From assembly GCA_016926505.1 (NCBI GenBank), contig JAFGOM010000009.1, forward strand, positions 2,805 to 66,804: a stretch of 64,000 nucleotides of DNA, in the 5' to 3' direction. The notes under the pieces were generated by a model. The model made no database searches, was not told the DNA's origin, and saw only the letters and a list, made by a program, of their open reading frames with translations. This DNA comes from Methanospirillaceae archaeon (GTDB taxonomy: Archaea > Halobacteriota > Methanomicrobia > Methanomicrobiales > Methanospirillaceae). Within the stretch, counting starts at the first letter, position 1. Every line of letters begins with the position of its first letter. Shown here in pieces: positions 30,847 to 42,123 of the stretch. A program made the translations under genes and the position numbers.

Positions 30847-32958
30847 TCAGATAGAATCAGAACGGGATTTTTCTCTCTGGTATTTTCCGGGAGGTATCGT
30901 CATCTCAAACCGGGCGCCGGATCCAAATATTCCGGTCTCTTTTATCTCTATCCCGGTCATTGAAAGGATCTCTTTGGTAAGAAACAGACCAAGGCCTGTG
31001 TTTGATCCAACGCCCTTCCGAAAGATCTTCTCTTTCATGGAATCGGGAACACCCCTGCCGTCATCTGAAACGATTAAAACACAGGTGGTATCTTCCTGTA
31101 TCTGAAATGACACCCATATTGTTGTTACCGTTTCCCCGTGCCTTATTGCATTCTCAAAGAGATTGTATAATACTCTCTGGAAGAGAGGATCAGCGTACAC
31201 TAACAGATTCCCGGTCCGGTCTGATATCGTTAACTCCTCAAATGCTTTTTCATTTTTTAAGATATGTATTGAATTGTGGATATCGATCCAGACCGGGTTT
31301 TTTATCCCTATCTCTTCATAATCCCTGCTGAACAGGATCTCTTTATAAATCATCGAGCCAAGCAGGTTCATCTTATCGATAGTACTTTTTATCTCGGGAT
31401 CTGTCTGATATGGCTCGGATTCCTGCATCAATTCATTATACAGCATCAGTGATGTTATCTGATTGAGGATATCATGCCGGGTAATCGAAGAGAGCATGTG
31501 GAGTTTTTTATTGGTCGTCTCGATTGCCTCCTGGTACTGGTGAATCTCTGTAATGTCGAGGAACGCCCCGATAAGCCCTTTATGTAATTTTTTCGAGTCA
31601 ATGATACCTGCCACGGTCATTAAAATATCATGGGTTGTTCCCTCAACCGAGACTGACATCTCATACTCCCTGACCCCTCCGGACTCAAGCAATTCCCTGA
31701 CAACCGAGCGGTGAACCTCTTCATTGGTTTTTGGAATGATGATCTCATCAAGGGGGCGTTTGAGGATAAGATCTTCAGGCAGGAAAAAAAATGAACAGAA
31801 AGCCGGATTGCAGCCGCGGAAACAATTGTTTTTATCAGTAAAGAAGAGAGGAATCGGGATCGTCAGGATGAGATGCTGCAGGAACTCCAGATTCTCCCGA
31901 ACTTCTGTTTCCGCACGAACCTGGGGGGAAATATCATGGAGAATAACGATGAATCCTTCTTCCCCGGCATGGGAGGAAGGACATTGATGCAGAATCTCGA
32001 TACATTCATATGAGAAGTAACGATCGCCTTTTTCTGAAATTCTACTGATGATATCAGATGATGCATAGGATCCCCTTCTCAACTCTACATCGGGAAGGAG
32101 TGTACCAATGTCTTTTGCATAGGCCTCCTGCAATGTCGTGTTAAACATCTTCTCTGCTGCAGGGTTGAGGCTGGTTATCTTCCTCTCCCTGTTTACCACG
32201 ATAACGCCTGCATGGATATGATAAAACAGATGCTGTCCTGCATGTATAATCTCGTGAACCGGTTTTTTATACATGATGATGTACCACACGAAGAATACAA
32301 TAACCGTCGCTATCACCGGTACAATCTGCATCGTGAAAACAAAACCAGATATCAGAAAGACAGGAGAGAAGATGAGCGGGATCAGGGAAGCAAATAAAAC
32401 AGGAAGTATCTGGTTTTTACCCGGTTCTGACGCCCGGTGAAAAAATATTCCCAAAATAACGGCCGGGATCAGTAACAGCACAACTCCGTAACCAAACAGG
32501 AGTGCACAGACCGGGTTGAAGAAACCCTGCAGGAGGTTATCCATTCCCCGGTTACCCCAGGGAATCCAGAACTCAATAATTACCGGATCACTACAGGAAA
32601 AGAGAAGAATATATCCGGATACGATTGCAGTAACACAACAAAGGGATATCTCAGTGATACCAAGATGCGATACCCTCCTTACAAAGAACAAAATAAAGAG
32701 TGCCCATCCGGTAAGGAGACAGACAAGACTTATGTACGATATCCGGATACACACTTCTGATCCGGTACTATCCCATATCAATGAGAGGATAGTACTTCCG
32801 ATAAAAAGGACAAGAAAGAAGGGAATAAATAAAAAAACGTATTCTGCAGGATCTCCTGATTTTTTTATCCCGGAAATGAGCAGGTACAGGAGCAGGCCGC
32901 TCATGAGAATGCCACAGGCAAGGGCAGGCAACAGGGATATACTCAGGAGATGTATCAT
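30847..32958 (-). CDS. Sensor histidine kinase (N-terminal 7TM region, PAS domains, HATPase_c)
   Basis: Six to seven N-terminal TM helices. PAS-like 'GVIVVNRERKITSLNPAAEKMF'. H-box 'ITRHDILNQ'. 'NLFENAIRHG', 'DDGRGVP', 'GLGLFLTKEIL'. Confidence 0.85.
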   Translation of the reverse strand: MIHLLSISLLPALACGILMSGLLLYLLISGIKKSGDPAEYVFLFIPFFLVLFIGSTILSLIWDSTGSEVCIRISYISLVCLLTGWALFILFFVRRVSHLGITEISLCCVTAIVSGYILLFSCSDPVIIEFWIPWGNRGMDNLLQGFFNPVCALLFGYGVVLLLIPAVILGIFFHRASEPGKNQILPVLFASLIPLIFSPVFLISGFVFTMQIVPVIATVIVFFVWYIIMYKKPVHEIIHAGQHLFYHIHAGVIVVNRERKITSLNPAAEKMFNTTLQEAYAKDIGTLLPDVELRRGSYASSDIISRISEKGDRYFSYECIEILHQCPSSHAGEEGFIVILHDISPQVRAETEVRENLEFLQHLILTIPIPLFFTDKNNCFRGCNPAFCSFFFLPEDLILKRPLDEIIIPKTNEEVHRSVVRELLESGGVREYEMSVSVEGTTHDILMTVAGIIDSKKLHKGLIGAFLDITEIHQYQEAIETTNKKLHMLSSITRHDILNQITSLMLYNELMQESEPYQTDPEIKSTIDKMNLLGSMIYKEILFSRDYEEIGIKNPVWIDIHNSIHILKNEKAFEELTISDRTGNLLVYADPLFQRVLYNLFENAIRHGETVTTIWVSFQIQEDTTCVLIVSDDGRGVPDSMKEKIFRKGVGSNTGLGLFLTKEILSMTGIEIKETGIFGSGARFEMTIPPGKYQREKSRSDSI

Positions 32959-33246
32959 AAGAACGAAGGGTTATTAAGCAGTCAAAATGCCAATTCCCGA
33001 TCAGATAACTATAGTATACTCATCCCATTGGTTTAAGGGTACCGGATTGAATCAGTATCTGGATCACCGATATAATCAAAAAAAGATGCTATTACTCATA
33101 CTCCCTCCAATAGGAATGTGATCTCTTCTCATCCGGTCCTGTTCACCAGGAATTATCATATCTATCTGATGGTTCATACCCGGCATTCGATAGAAGAAAG
33201 AAAGGTATAAATCTCCCTCATCTGATTACTAATCTGGAAGTGTATC

Positions 33247-33525
33247 ATGACTGAAAAAAGTACTATCATCAAGAAGTTTGGTGTATTGAGTGTTGCGAAA
33301 TTCTCCGCTGTTCTTGGATTGATATGGGGACTTATCTACGGCATCATCATCTTCGTTATTGGAACCAGTTACATGGGTGCCCTGGCAGGTGTAGGCGGTC
33401 TCATCCTGGCAATTATCGGTGGTGCTATCATCGGATTTATTGCAGGAGCAATCACCGCATTCATCTACAACCTCGTCCTTGGTTTTATCGGCGGTATCGA
33501 GATGGATCTCGATATCCTCGATTAA
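33247..33525 (+). CDS. Small Gly/Ile-rich membrane protein
   Basis: 92-aa ORF with two long hydrophobic segments. No family was assigned. Confidence 0.5.
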   Translation: MTEKSTIIKKFGVLSVAKFSAVLGLIWGLIYGIIIFVIGTSYMGALAGVGGLILAIIGGAIIGFIAGAITAFIYNLVLGFIGGIEMDLDILD

Positions 33526-33817
33526 TCTTTTTCTTTTTTGATCTACCGGCCAATTGTGGCAGTAACGATGATAAAAAGGCAGGTTAAGAAGAGAACCATC
33601 ACAGAAAAGAGACTGGATGGAAATATCTCTCTGCCAGATAACAGGCATCCGGTACTCGTTATCTCTCCCGCTCATGCCCCGGCATTTGTAACCATAAATC
33701 ACTTTTTTCCGTAATAATTACAGGATTGCAGGAAAAAAAAGAGGAGACAAAAGAAGAGAAACAAAAAGATCAGGAGATGTATCATCGTAAAAAAAGAAAT
33801 GCATGTATCGGCACATC

Positions 33818-34837
33818 TTATTGGCAACAGCACGTCTCTCTCTTATGATATGCCGTCCGGACGATCGTTCCGATACCCATGAGCAGAACGATGAGTACGC
33901 AGACAAAACCGATTACCGGGATAAGGGAGAGTACGCAGATGATGATAAAACCGATAAGATACGCAAGATAGGGTGAAACCTCACGCTTGCATAACCCTGA
34001 TATCCACCCTCCAAGAGAACCGGAGATGATAAGAGGAGCAATAATGGTTGCAATTCCCAGGAGAAGGAGTATGAGAAGGGCAAACGGGATGCCGATAACC
34101 GTCAGGGTAAGAAGGATTATCAGAAAAACAGAGACGACGACCGTGGCAAGTCCATACAAGAACACGTGCAGTGGTTTTGTGGCGGGAACTACTGTTAATT
34201 CCTTCCACGGTTCAGGCATCAGGTAGATGATGACAAGCCCGAGAAGGAAAAACCCGATTGCAATGAAAATGATGCATAAAAGAACAAAAGCCTGTATGAG
34301 CGCTCCTAACTGCTCCATCCCCGGAAAAGAGAGACCGGTATCCTCTGCATTCCAGGTTCCATCAACTATCCCTTCTTTTTCTATCGTGTCTGCAGAGACC
34401 TCAGCATCTTTTCTGATGTGAGCGCTCTCTCCAAGGGCAACCCGGTTTCCTGCCGCGATGAGATTATCTGCAGAACCATCGACTGTTACCTGCTCTCCGG
34501 CTGCAATGATCTTGCCACCGACATCCCCGCCGATATGTACGTTCGCACCGGCTGCAATGAGATCAACACCAACCGGAGCCTGAACAGAGATCGACTCTCC
34601 GACTGCGATGAGATTTGTTTCAACCGGTGCAGTTACCAGAAGTGAATTCCCTGCATAAACCAGGCTCTTTACCGGGGCGGTAACCTCCATATGCTCTGCT
34701 GATGCAAAGATGTCATCATCAACCGGCGTGTCGATAATAACAGATTCACCTGATTCAAATATCAGTGCAGATACCGGCGATATGATGAGAATTACCAGAA
34801 GAATGATCATTCCCATAGTCAGATTGTTCCGAGGCAT
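33818..34837 (-). CDS. Bactofilin-like (polymer-forming, beta-helical repeat) protein fused to a polytopic membrane domain
   Basis: N-terminal signal/TM segment. Repeats such as 'NLIAVGESISVQAPVGVDLIAAGANVHIGGDVGGKIIAAGEQVTVDG..NLIAAGNRV'. Four to five TM helices follow. Confidence 0.6.
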   Translation of the reverse strand: MPRNNLTMGMIILLVILIISPVSALIFESGESVIIDTPVDDDIFASAEHMEVTAPVKSLVYAGNSLLVTAPVETNLIAVGESISVQAPVGVDLIAAGANVHIGGDVGGKIIAAGEQVTVDGSADNLIAAGNRVALGESAHIRKDAEVSADTIEKEGIVDGTWNAEDTGLSFPGMEQLGALIQAFVLLCIIFIAIGFFLLGLVIIYLMPEPWKELTVVPATKPLHVFLYGLATVVVSVFLIILLTLTVIGIPFALLILLLLGIATIIAPLIISGSLGGWISGLCKREVSPYLAYLIGFIIICVLSLIPVIGFVCVLIVLLMGIGTIVRTAYHKRETCCCQ

Positions 34838-34994
34838 ACATAGATATCAGGGAGTGAATCATTATCAAATGATCCAGAGAGAGAGGAAAAACCCTGATGC
34901 CACACTATCACTTTCCTATACCGGATTCGTATCCATCATTCACACGGGTCTGCCGGCGTGGGCTTCATATGCATTGAGACGATAAGATCTTTTC

Positions 34995-36269
34995 ATGGAT
35001 CTCCCGGATACAAAACCAGAGATAATGAGAGAGCAACTATCCCGTGATGCTCTTTTTCTGCATAAAACCTATCAGGGAAAACTCGGTATCCACTCAAAAG
35101 TACCGCTACAGACCCCGTATGATCTCTCCCTGGCATATACCCCCGGAGTCGCTGCAGTCTGCCGGGAAATTGCCGAAGATCCGGATCAGGTCTGGCATTA
35201 TACACTAAAAAAGAACACGATTGCCATCATCACCGACGGAACTGCAGTACTTGGCCTGGGAAATATCGGACCCTCTGCTGCGATTCCGGTTATGGAGGGA
35301 AAAGCAATTCTTTTTAAGGAGTTTGCAGGAATCGATGCGTTCCCCATCTGCCTTACAGACACACACGGGGATCTTGTCGGGCATATCAGGTCCCTGGCAC
35401 CGGTATTCGGGGGGATAAACCTTGAGGATATCGCAGCCCCCCGCTGTTTTGAGATCGAGGAAGCCCTGCAGGATCTGGGTATCCCGGTCATGCATGATGA
35501 CCAGCACGGGGCAGCCATTGCCGTCTTTGCAGCCCTTATGAATGCATGCAGGGTCACAGGAAAAAACCTCGCCGAACTCTGTATCGTGATCAGTGGTGCC
35601 GGGGCTGCCGGATATGCCGTCACCCGGCTGCTCCGCTGCATCGGGTATGATGCATCGGTCTGTCACCCGGTTCGTGATGTTATCGTATGTGACTCAAAGG
35701 GAATTATTCATAAGAATCGTCCTGGTCTGTACAATAATAAGTACAAGTATATTCTTGCTGAAGAGACGAACAGGAACAATAAAACCGGAAGTCTTGCAGA
35801 TGCTCTCGTTGGTGCCGATGTCTTTATCGGAGTCTCTGCACCGGGAATTGTCACCCGTGAGATGATTCAGAAGATGAACAGAAATCCCATCATATTTGCC
35901 CTTGCAAACCCGGTCCCTGAGATTATGCCTGATGAGGCTAAAAAAGCGGGAGCTGCCGTTGTCGGAACCGGCCGCAGTGATTTTCAGAACCAGATAAACA
36001 ATGCACTGGTCTTTCCCGGACTCTTTAAAGGAGCTCTTCAGGCATCTGCAACCGGTATCAACGACGATATGAAACTCGCTGCTGCTCATGCCCTTGCATC
36101 ATACATCAAAGAACCGGATCCCCAGCATATCCTTCCCAGTGTACTGGATCGGTCAGTAACGAACGCTATCGCAGATGCCGTCTGTGCCGCTGCGGTACAG
36201 AGCGGGGTTGCCAGGAATTGTGCAGCAATTAAAACTGAGAATACGCCGGATCATCATTCTAATCATTGA
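34995..36269 (+). CDS. NAD(P)-dependent malic enzyme (short form)
   Basis: 'LSLAYTPGVAAVCREI', 'GTAVLGLGNIGP', 'GINLEDI..P.CFEIE', 'ISGAGAAG'. Confidence 0.85.
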   Translation: MDLPDTKPEIMREQLSRDALFLHKTYQGKLGIHSKVPLQTPYDLSLAYTPGVAAVCREIAEDPDQVWHYTLKKNTIAIITDGTAVLGLGNIGPSAAIPVMEGKAILFKEFAGIDAFPICLTDTHGDLVGHIRSLAPVFGGINLEDIAAPRCFEIEEALQDLGIPVMHDDQHGAAIAVFAALMNACRVTGKNLAELCIVISGAGAAGYAVTRLLRCIGYDASVCHPVRDVIVCDSKGIIHKNRPGLYNNKYKYILAEETNRNNKTGSLADALVGADVFIGVSAPGIVTREMIQKMNRNPIIFALANPVPEIMPDEAKKAGAAVVGTGRSDFQNQINNALVFPGLFKGALQASATGINDDMKLAAAHALASYIKEPDPQHILPSVLDRSVTNAIADAVCAAAVQSGVARNCAAIKTENTPDHHSNH

Positions 36270-36405
36270 TCGATTACAGAACAATCTGTTACAGAACAGG
36301 CCCATGGAGAGAGGCCCAAAAAACCCAAAAAGTGAGAAAATCCCGGGTAAATCCTCTGCATACTATCTCCATAAGACTTATCCGGATACAGAGTAAGGTA
36401 ATAGT

Positions 36406-36696
36406 ATGGCCATTGACACAAGTGATCCCGGTTACCAGAAAGCACTTGCACGGGTAAAGAAGGTAAAGGGATTCTATGAGATGCTTGCCACATTTATCCT
36501 GGTAAACATCATTCTTATCGGAATAAACCTCATAACCAGCCCTGACAGCCTGTGGTTCTACTGGGTTACGTTTATCTGGGGAATCTGGCTTATCTGGTAT
36601 GCATTCCAGGTTTTTGTCATCGCAGATCACAGCCAGGACTGGGAAGAGAAGAAAATACAGAAGTACATGGAGAAGGAACGGAAAAAACAGGAATGA
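36406..36696 (+). CDS. 2TM-domain small membrane protein
   Basis: 'ARVKKVKGFYEMLATFILVN...WFYWVTFIWGIWLIWYAF' fits the 2TM family pattern. Confidence 0.6.
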   Translation: MAIDTSDPGYQKALARVKKVKGFYEMLATFILVNIILIGINLITSPDSLWFYWVTFIWGIWLIWYAFQVFVIADHSQDWEEKKIQKYMEKERKKQE

Positions 36697-36836
36697 GGTG
36701 ATACAGGTTTCGTTTTCTCCTGAAGCTGGTCAGATAACGATATGTGTTCTTTTTTAAAGAACGAATACTCTTATTTCCGATATCAAAACCGGGTAGTACC
36801 GGATTCGGCACCCCGGTTCTCTTTTAAAAAAAAAGA

Positions 36837-38123
36837 TCAGGCCTTCTCTTCAACCGGGTGGAGGAGAAGAGCGGCAACGATCATACCTACTATGGCAAAT
36901 ATCATGACAAAGGGGAAGACACCGAGATAGGTACCCGTGGTAGTCTTGATAAACCCTGCAAGCTGCGGTCCGGCAATTGCACCGGCCCCGTATGCAAGGA
37001 AAACAATCCCATAGCACCGGGGATCCGATGTGCCATAAAACCGTGCCGTCGTAGTTGGAGCAATAGCCAGCCATCCTCCCAGGCACCCCCAGAGGATCGC
37101 AAACGCAAGAATGTATACAATGACTGAAGGGAACTGCCACATGAAGAGGGATGAGAGTGCGATGAGTACAAAGGAGAGGATGGCAGTGTTCCTTGGATTA
37201 AGCCTGTCCGTTAGTCCGCCAAAGACCGGTCTTCCTCCGCCGTTAAAGATGGCAAAAAAACCAACCAGTGCTATGGAGAGAGCGGACTCAATGCCGACAA
37301 TTTCAGTTCCGACCGGCTTTGCGATAGATATCGCCATCAGACCTGCCAGACAGCCGATAAAGTAACAGAACCACAGGGCATAAAATGACCTTGTTCTTAT
37401 CATGAAATCCCAGGTATGCTCAACCGCTGCCTTGCGGGCACCGGCATCAGGATCCCATCCACGCGGTCTCCAGTCTGCCGGCGGAAATGAGAGCGGAAGT
37501 GCAAGAAGCACAATCAGCAGGATAAAGGCTACCCCGAATATCCGGAAGGTATCCATGACTCCGAAGGATCCGATAAGAAAACCTGCGATATTTGCGGTAA
37601 CCAGGGCTGAGAATCCAAACCCAAGGAGAGTAAGACCAACGGCAACCCCTCTTTTGTCAGGAAACCACCTGGCAGCCACTGCTACCGGCACACCGTATGC
37701 TATTCCGACTCCAAGACCTCCGATTACTCCGTATACCAGGTACAGCATCTGGACCGAGTCAACCATCGATGCCATAAGCCATCCAAGCCCGGTCAGGACA
37801 CCTCCAAGGATCGTTGTTTTCTTGGGTCCGAGAATGTCGATGTATTTCCCGGTCAGCGGCATGGCTATCGCAAAAAATGCCAGGAATACAGAGAATGGCA
37901 TCAGAATCTCACTTGCCGTGACTACCTGACCAAGATTGTTGGTAAAGAAATCAGTCAGCGGACCTACAAACACACTCCAGGAGTAGATACTCCCCAGACA
38001 GAGGTTGATTAACAAACCCAGAATAACCAGTACCCATCTGCCTTTCTCAGCTTCCATCGATAAAACCTTTACATGTTCCATTTTTTTCTCTCCATCATGA
38101 ATCCAATCATTTTCCTCAATCAT
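36837..38123 (-). CDS. MFS transporter, oxalate/formate antiporter (OFA)-like; possible monocarboxylate/acetate carrier
   Basis: 12-TM MFS layout with 'GSIYSWSVF' and 'GKYIDILGPKK'. It lies immediately downstream of two acs genes. The start may be an internal Met. Confidence 0.8.
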   Translation of the reverse strand: MIEENDWIHDGEKKMEHVKVLSMEAEKGRWVLVILGLLINLCLGSIYSWSVFVGPLTDFFTNNLGQVVTASEILMPFSVFLAFFAIAMPLTGKYIDILGPKKTTILGGVLTGLGWLMASMVDSVQMLYLVYGVIGGLGVGIAYGVPVAVAARWFPDKRGVAVGLTLLGFGFSALVTANIAGFLIGSFGVMDTFRIFGVAFILLIVLLALPLSFPPADWRPRGWDPDAGARKAAVEHTWDFMIRTRSFYALWFCYFIGCLAGLMAISIAKPVGTEIVGIESALSIALVGFFAIFNGGGRPVFGGLTDRLNPRNTAILSFVLIALSSLFMWQFPSVIVYILAFAILWGCLGGWLAIAPTTTARFYGTSDPRCYGIVFLAYGAGAIAGPQLAGFIKTTTGTYLGVFPFVMIFAIVGMIVAALLLHPVEEKA

Positions 38124-38168
38124 CCCTTCTTTCGTTCACCGTATTTTTCGTGAGAATCCGGCTCTATC

Positions 38169-40061
38169 CTACTCTTCAAGCGTGGATACATCTCCAGGAT
38201 CAATTCCCATCTCCTGTGCTTTTAAGACACGTCTCATGATCTTGCCACTCCGGGTCTTTGGCAGCGAACTGACAAACTCAATCTCAGACGGCATGGCTAT
38301 CGGACCAAGGCTCATCCGTACATGGTAGATCAGATCCTTCTTCAGGTTCTCACCCGGCTCATACCCGATACAGAGGATGACAAAAGCCTTAATAGACTGC
38401 CCCTTTATCGGATCAGGTCTGCCTATCACTGCAGCTTCAGCAACCGCTTCATGAGAAACAAGGGCACTCTCTACCTCGGCAGTACCGATATTATGCCCTG
38501 CAATGATGATGATATCATCAGATCGCCCAAGAAACATGATGTACCCGTCATCATCTTTGACCGCCAGGTCACCTGCGGTATAGTACTGTTTGATCGTTGT
38601 CCAGTACTTCCGGTACCGCTCATCATGGTTCTGGATGGTCCGCATCATCGCCGGCCATGGCTCTTTTATCACGAGCAGACCCCCGATTCCCGGAGGATTC
38701 GAATTCCCTTCCCGATCTACGACATCAGCAATCACACCCGGGATTGGTCTGCCGGAAAACCCGGGTTTCATCGGCTCTCCAACAAGAGTGGTTATCATCT
38801 GCATCCCGGTCTCGGTCTGCCACCAGGTATCAAGGATCGGGCACCTGCCCTTGCCGATTACCCGGTGGTACCATTCAAATGCTTCCGGGTTTAAGGGTTC
38901 TCCGACAGAACCAATGATGCGTAAGGAATCAAGGTTGTACCGAAAAGGCCACTCCTCCCCGAATTTCATGAACATCCGGATAGCAGTCGGAGAGGTATAA
39001 AAGACTGTGACACCCTGTTCTTCAATGATATCCCACCATATTCCGGGATTCGGGTAATCAGGAACAGATTCAGAGATGAGTATCGTTCCTCCTGCTGCAA
39101 GGGGACCATATATGATATAGCTGTGCCCGGTTATCCAGCCGGGATCCGCTGTACACCAGTACACATCAGAATCTTTCAGATCCATGACATATTTGGTGGT
39201 ATAATAGGTACCAACCATATATCCGCCACAGGTGTGAACAATACCCTTGGGAGTGCCTGTTGTCCCGCTGGTATACAGAATAAAAAGCGGATCTTCTGCA
39301 TCCATCACCTGGGGTTTGCAGAATGGATCTGCAGCCCGCATTATCTCATAAAAATCAACCTGTTTCTCAGAGATAAGTTCCTCATGTGGTTTTGAACGGA
39401 ACAGAACCACAACCTTCTCCACACTTGGTGCATTCCTGATGGCATCATCAACAATACTTTTTAACGGTATGGTATTTCCCCGCCGGTACCCGATATCTGC
39501 AGTTATGATAACCTTCGCCTTTGCATCCCTGATTCTCGTGTGAAGTGCTGCAGCACCAAATCCTCCATACACGATGCTGTGAACGGCTCCGATACGGGCA
39601 CATGCAAGGATAGCGACGATATGCTCAAGGACAAAGGGCATATACAGGCATACCGCATCACCCTTCGTCACCCCAAGATCTTTGAGTGCATTGGCAAACC
39701 GCATCACCTGATGATAGAGCTGACGATACGTAAGCACCCGCTCAGAGAATTCATCCTCGCCACGCCAGATAAGGGCAACCTTGTTCTTGTTATCACCATT
39801 TGCATGCCGGTCAAGACAGTTATGAGTGATGTTTAATTTACCCCCGACAAACCACTGTGCATACGGATGGTTCCACTGCCTGACACATTCCCACCGTTTA
39901 AACCACTCCAGTTCTTCTGCTTTTTCTTCCCAGAATCGTGTAGGATTATCAAGAAACCGCTGGTATGCAGTATTCCAGTCACCCATCCATGATTCTTTCT
40001 GGTAGATGGGATCAGGATGATACACGGTACTTTCCAGTTTCACATTAAAATCAATATTCAT
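38169..40061 (-). CDS. acs: Acetyl-CoA synthetase (AMP-forming), copy 1
   Basis: 'YTSGTTGTPKG', 'WWQTETG', 'YYTAGD', 'GRSDDIIIIAGHNIGTAEVESAL', 'LPKTRSGKIMRR'. Confidence 0.92.
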   Translation of the reverse strand: MNIDFNVKLESTVYHPDPIYQKESWMGDWNTAYQRFLDNPTRFWEEKAEELEWFKRWECVRQWNHPYAQWFVGGKLNITHNCLDRHANGDNKNKVALIWRGEDEFSERVLTYRQLYHQVMRFANALKDLGVTKGDAVCLYMPFVLEHIVAILACARIGAVHSIVYGGFGAAALHTRIRDAKAKVIITADIGYRRGNTIPLKSIVDDAIRNAPSVEKVVVLFRSKPHEELISEKQVDFYEIMRAADPFCKPQVMDAEDPLFILYTSGTTGTPKGIVHTCGGYMVGTYYTTKYVMDLKDSDVYWCTADPGWITGHSYIIYGPLAAGGTILISESVPDYPNPGIWWDIIEEQGVTVFYTSPTAIRMFMKFGEEWPFRYNLDSLRIIGSVGEPLNPEAFEWYHRVIGKGRCPILDTWWQTETGMQMITTLVGEPMKPGFSGRPIPGVIADVVDREGNSNPPGIGGLLVIKEPWPAMMRTIQNHDERYRKYWTTIKQYYTAGDLAVKDDDGYIMFLGRSDDIIIIAGHNIGTAEVESALVSHEAVAEAAVIGRPDPIKGQSIKAFVILCIGYEPGENLKKDLIYHVRMSLGPIAMPSEIEFVSSLPKTRSGKIMRRVLKAQEMGIDPGDVSTLEE

Positions 40062-40233
40062 ACCGGATCACCCTGATAATGCATAAAAACCAGAAGAGAA
40101 CTTCCTGAAATAGGGGAAATCACCGATGAGCCACCGGATACAAAAGTACCACTGATACAGAGAGACGGGAAATTGGGAAAGAGAGGATATCTCACAGGAC
40201 CTGGCATTTTTGGTACTTCTGAACCGGACATTA

Positions 40234-42123
40234 TTACTCTTCCAGCGTTGATATATCCCCGGGGTCCACTCCCATCTCTTTTGCCTTTAAGACCCGTCTC
40301 ATGATCTTGCCACTCCGGGTTTTTGGCAGTGAATCAACAAATTCTATCGCAGCAGGCATCGCAATCGGACCTATCGTCATCCTGACGTGGTAGATCAGTT
40401 CTGAAACGAGTTTATCACTCGGCTCATATCCCTTTATCAGGGTGACAAAGGCTTTCACCGCCTGTCCCTTGATATCGTCAGGGATTCCGATAACTGCAGC
40501 CTCGGCAACCGATTCGTGCTCAACAAGAGCTGATTCCACCTCTGCCGTACCGAGGTTATGCCCTGAAACAATGATGATATCATCTGCACGGCCTAAGACC
40601 ATGATATACCCATCCTCATCTCTGACGGCAAGGTCACCGACGGTATAGTAATTTCGGATCTGGTTCCAGTACTTTTCGTACCGCTCCTCGTTCTTGTAGA
40701 CCGTCCGCATCATCGATGGCCAGGGTCTCTTGATAACCAGTAGTCCACCCTGTCCGGCCGGGACGGGATCTCCCTGTTTATCAACAACATCTGCAAGGAC
40801 ACCCGGTATCGGCAGTCCGGCAAATCCCGGTTTCATCGGCTCACCGATTGGCGTTGTTATCATGTGCATCCCGGTCTCGGTCTGCCACCAGGTGTCCAGT
40901 ATCGGGCACCGGTTCTTTCCAATCACCCGGTAATACCACTCAAACGCCTCGGGATTTAAGGGTTCTCCGACAGATCCGATGATACGTAAGGACTGCAGAT
41001 CGTACTTGTTCGGCCATTCCTCACCAACCCGCATGAACATCCTGATGGCAGTCGGTGCGGTGTAAAATATGGTCACACCAAGATCCTCGATGATATTCCA
41101 CCAGACACCCGGGTCAGGGTATTCCGGAGTGGTCTCAGTTATCACAACCGTTGCACCGACCGCAAGCGGACCATAGACGATGTAACTGTGACCGGTAATC
41201 CAGCCGGGGTCGGCGGTACACCAGAACACATCGCTGTCCTTGATATCAAAGATGTATTTACAGGTGTAATGAGTTCCTACCGCGTATCCTCCACAGGTAT
41301 GAACGATACCTTTCGGCTGACCGGTTGTCCCGCTGGTGTAGAGGATAAAGAGCGGATCTTCTGCATCCATCTCCTCGGCCGGACACGTGTCTTCCAGGCC
41401 TTCCTGGATGGCATAATAATCAACCTCCATCTCCTTGTACAACTCGAGGGGAGAGCGTTCCCGTGAGAGTATCACAACCTTCTCAACACAGGAGGAGTTC
41501 TTAACCGCATCTTCAACGATCCCACGCAGGTTAATTGACTTTCCTTTCCGGTAACTGACATCTGCCGTGATGACTACCTTGGCCTGGGCATCACGTATCC
41601 GGGAGTGCAGTGCTTCGGCACCAAACCCGGCATAAACAATGGAGTGAACCGCACCGATCCGGGCACAGGCGAGCATCGCAATGATGTGTTCAGGGATGAG
41701 CGGCATGTACAGGCAGACCCGGTCACCTTTCGTAACACCGAGTTTCTGTAAGGCATTTGCAAGCAGCATCACTGCACGGTGCAGCTGGCGGTAGGTGTAT
41801 ACCTCCTCACTGTCGTTATCACCACGCCAGATAAGTGCAAGTTTATTCCTCCTGCCATTCTTTACATGCCGGTCCAGACAGTTGCAGGTGATGTTTAATT
41901 TCCCCCCGGCAAACCACTGTGCTTTCGGGTAATCCCATTTAAGCACGGCATCCCAGGGTTTCATCCAGTCCAGTTCCTTCGCTTTTTCATCCCAGAATGC
42001 ATCCGGGTTATCAAGGAATTTCTGATATGCAGTTGTGTAGTCCCCGAGAGCCGATCCGGCCTTGTAGGAAGGATCAGGAATGTAGGACTTTTTTTCCAGT
42101 TTTACATCGAAATCTGTGCTCAT
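40234..42123 (-). CDS. acs: Acetyl-CoA synthetase (AMP-forming), copy 2
   Basis: Same motifs as copy 1, which it strongly resembles by eye. The start was set at 'MSTDFDVKLE' (ATG 42123), colinear with the copy 1 N-terminus; the ORF is open up to 42318. Confidence 0.92.
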   Translation of the reverse strand: MSTDFDVKLEKKSYIPDPSYKAGSALGDYTTAYQKFLDNPDAFWDEKAKELDWMKPWDAVLKWDYPKAQWFAGGKLNITCNCLDRHVKNGRRNKLALIWRGDNDSEEVYTYRQLHRAVMLLANALQKLGVTKGDRVCLYMPLIPEHIIAMLACARIGAVHSIVYAGFGAEALHSRIRDAQAKVVITADVSYRKGKSINLRGIVEDAVKNSSCVEKVVILSRERSPLELYKEMEVDYYAIQEGLEDTCPAEEMDAEDPLFILYTSGTTGQPKGIVHTCGGYAVGTHYTCKYIFDIKDSDVFWCTADPGWITGHSYIVYGPLAVGATVVITETTPEYPDPGVWWNIIEDLGVTIFYTAPTAIRMFMRVGEEWPNKYDLQSLRIIGSVGEPLNPEAFEWYYRVIGKNRCPILDTWWQTETGMHMITTPIGEPMKPGFAGLPIPGVLADVVDKQGDPVPAGQGGLLVIKRPWPSMMRTVYKNEERYEKYWNQIRNYYTVGDLAVRDEDGYIMVLGRADDIIIVSGHNLGTAEVESALVEHESVAEAAVIGIPDDIKGQAVKAFVTLIKGYEPSDKLVSELIYHVRMTIGPIAMPAAIEFVDSLPKTRSGKIMRRVLKAKEMGVDPGDISTLEE

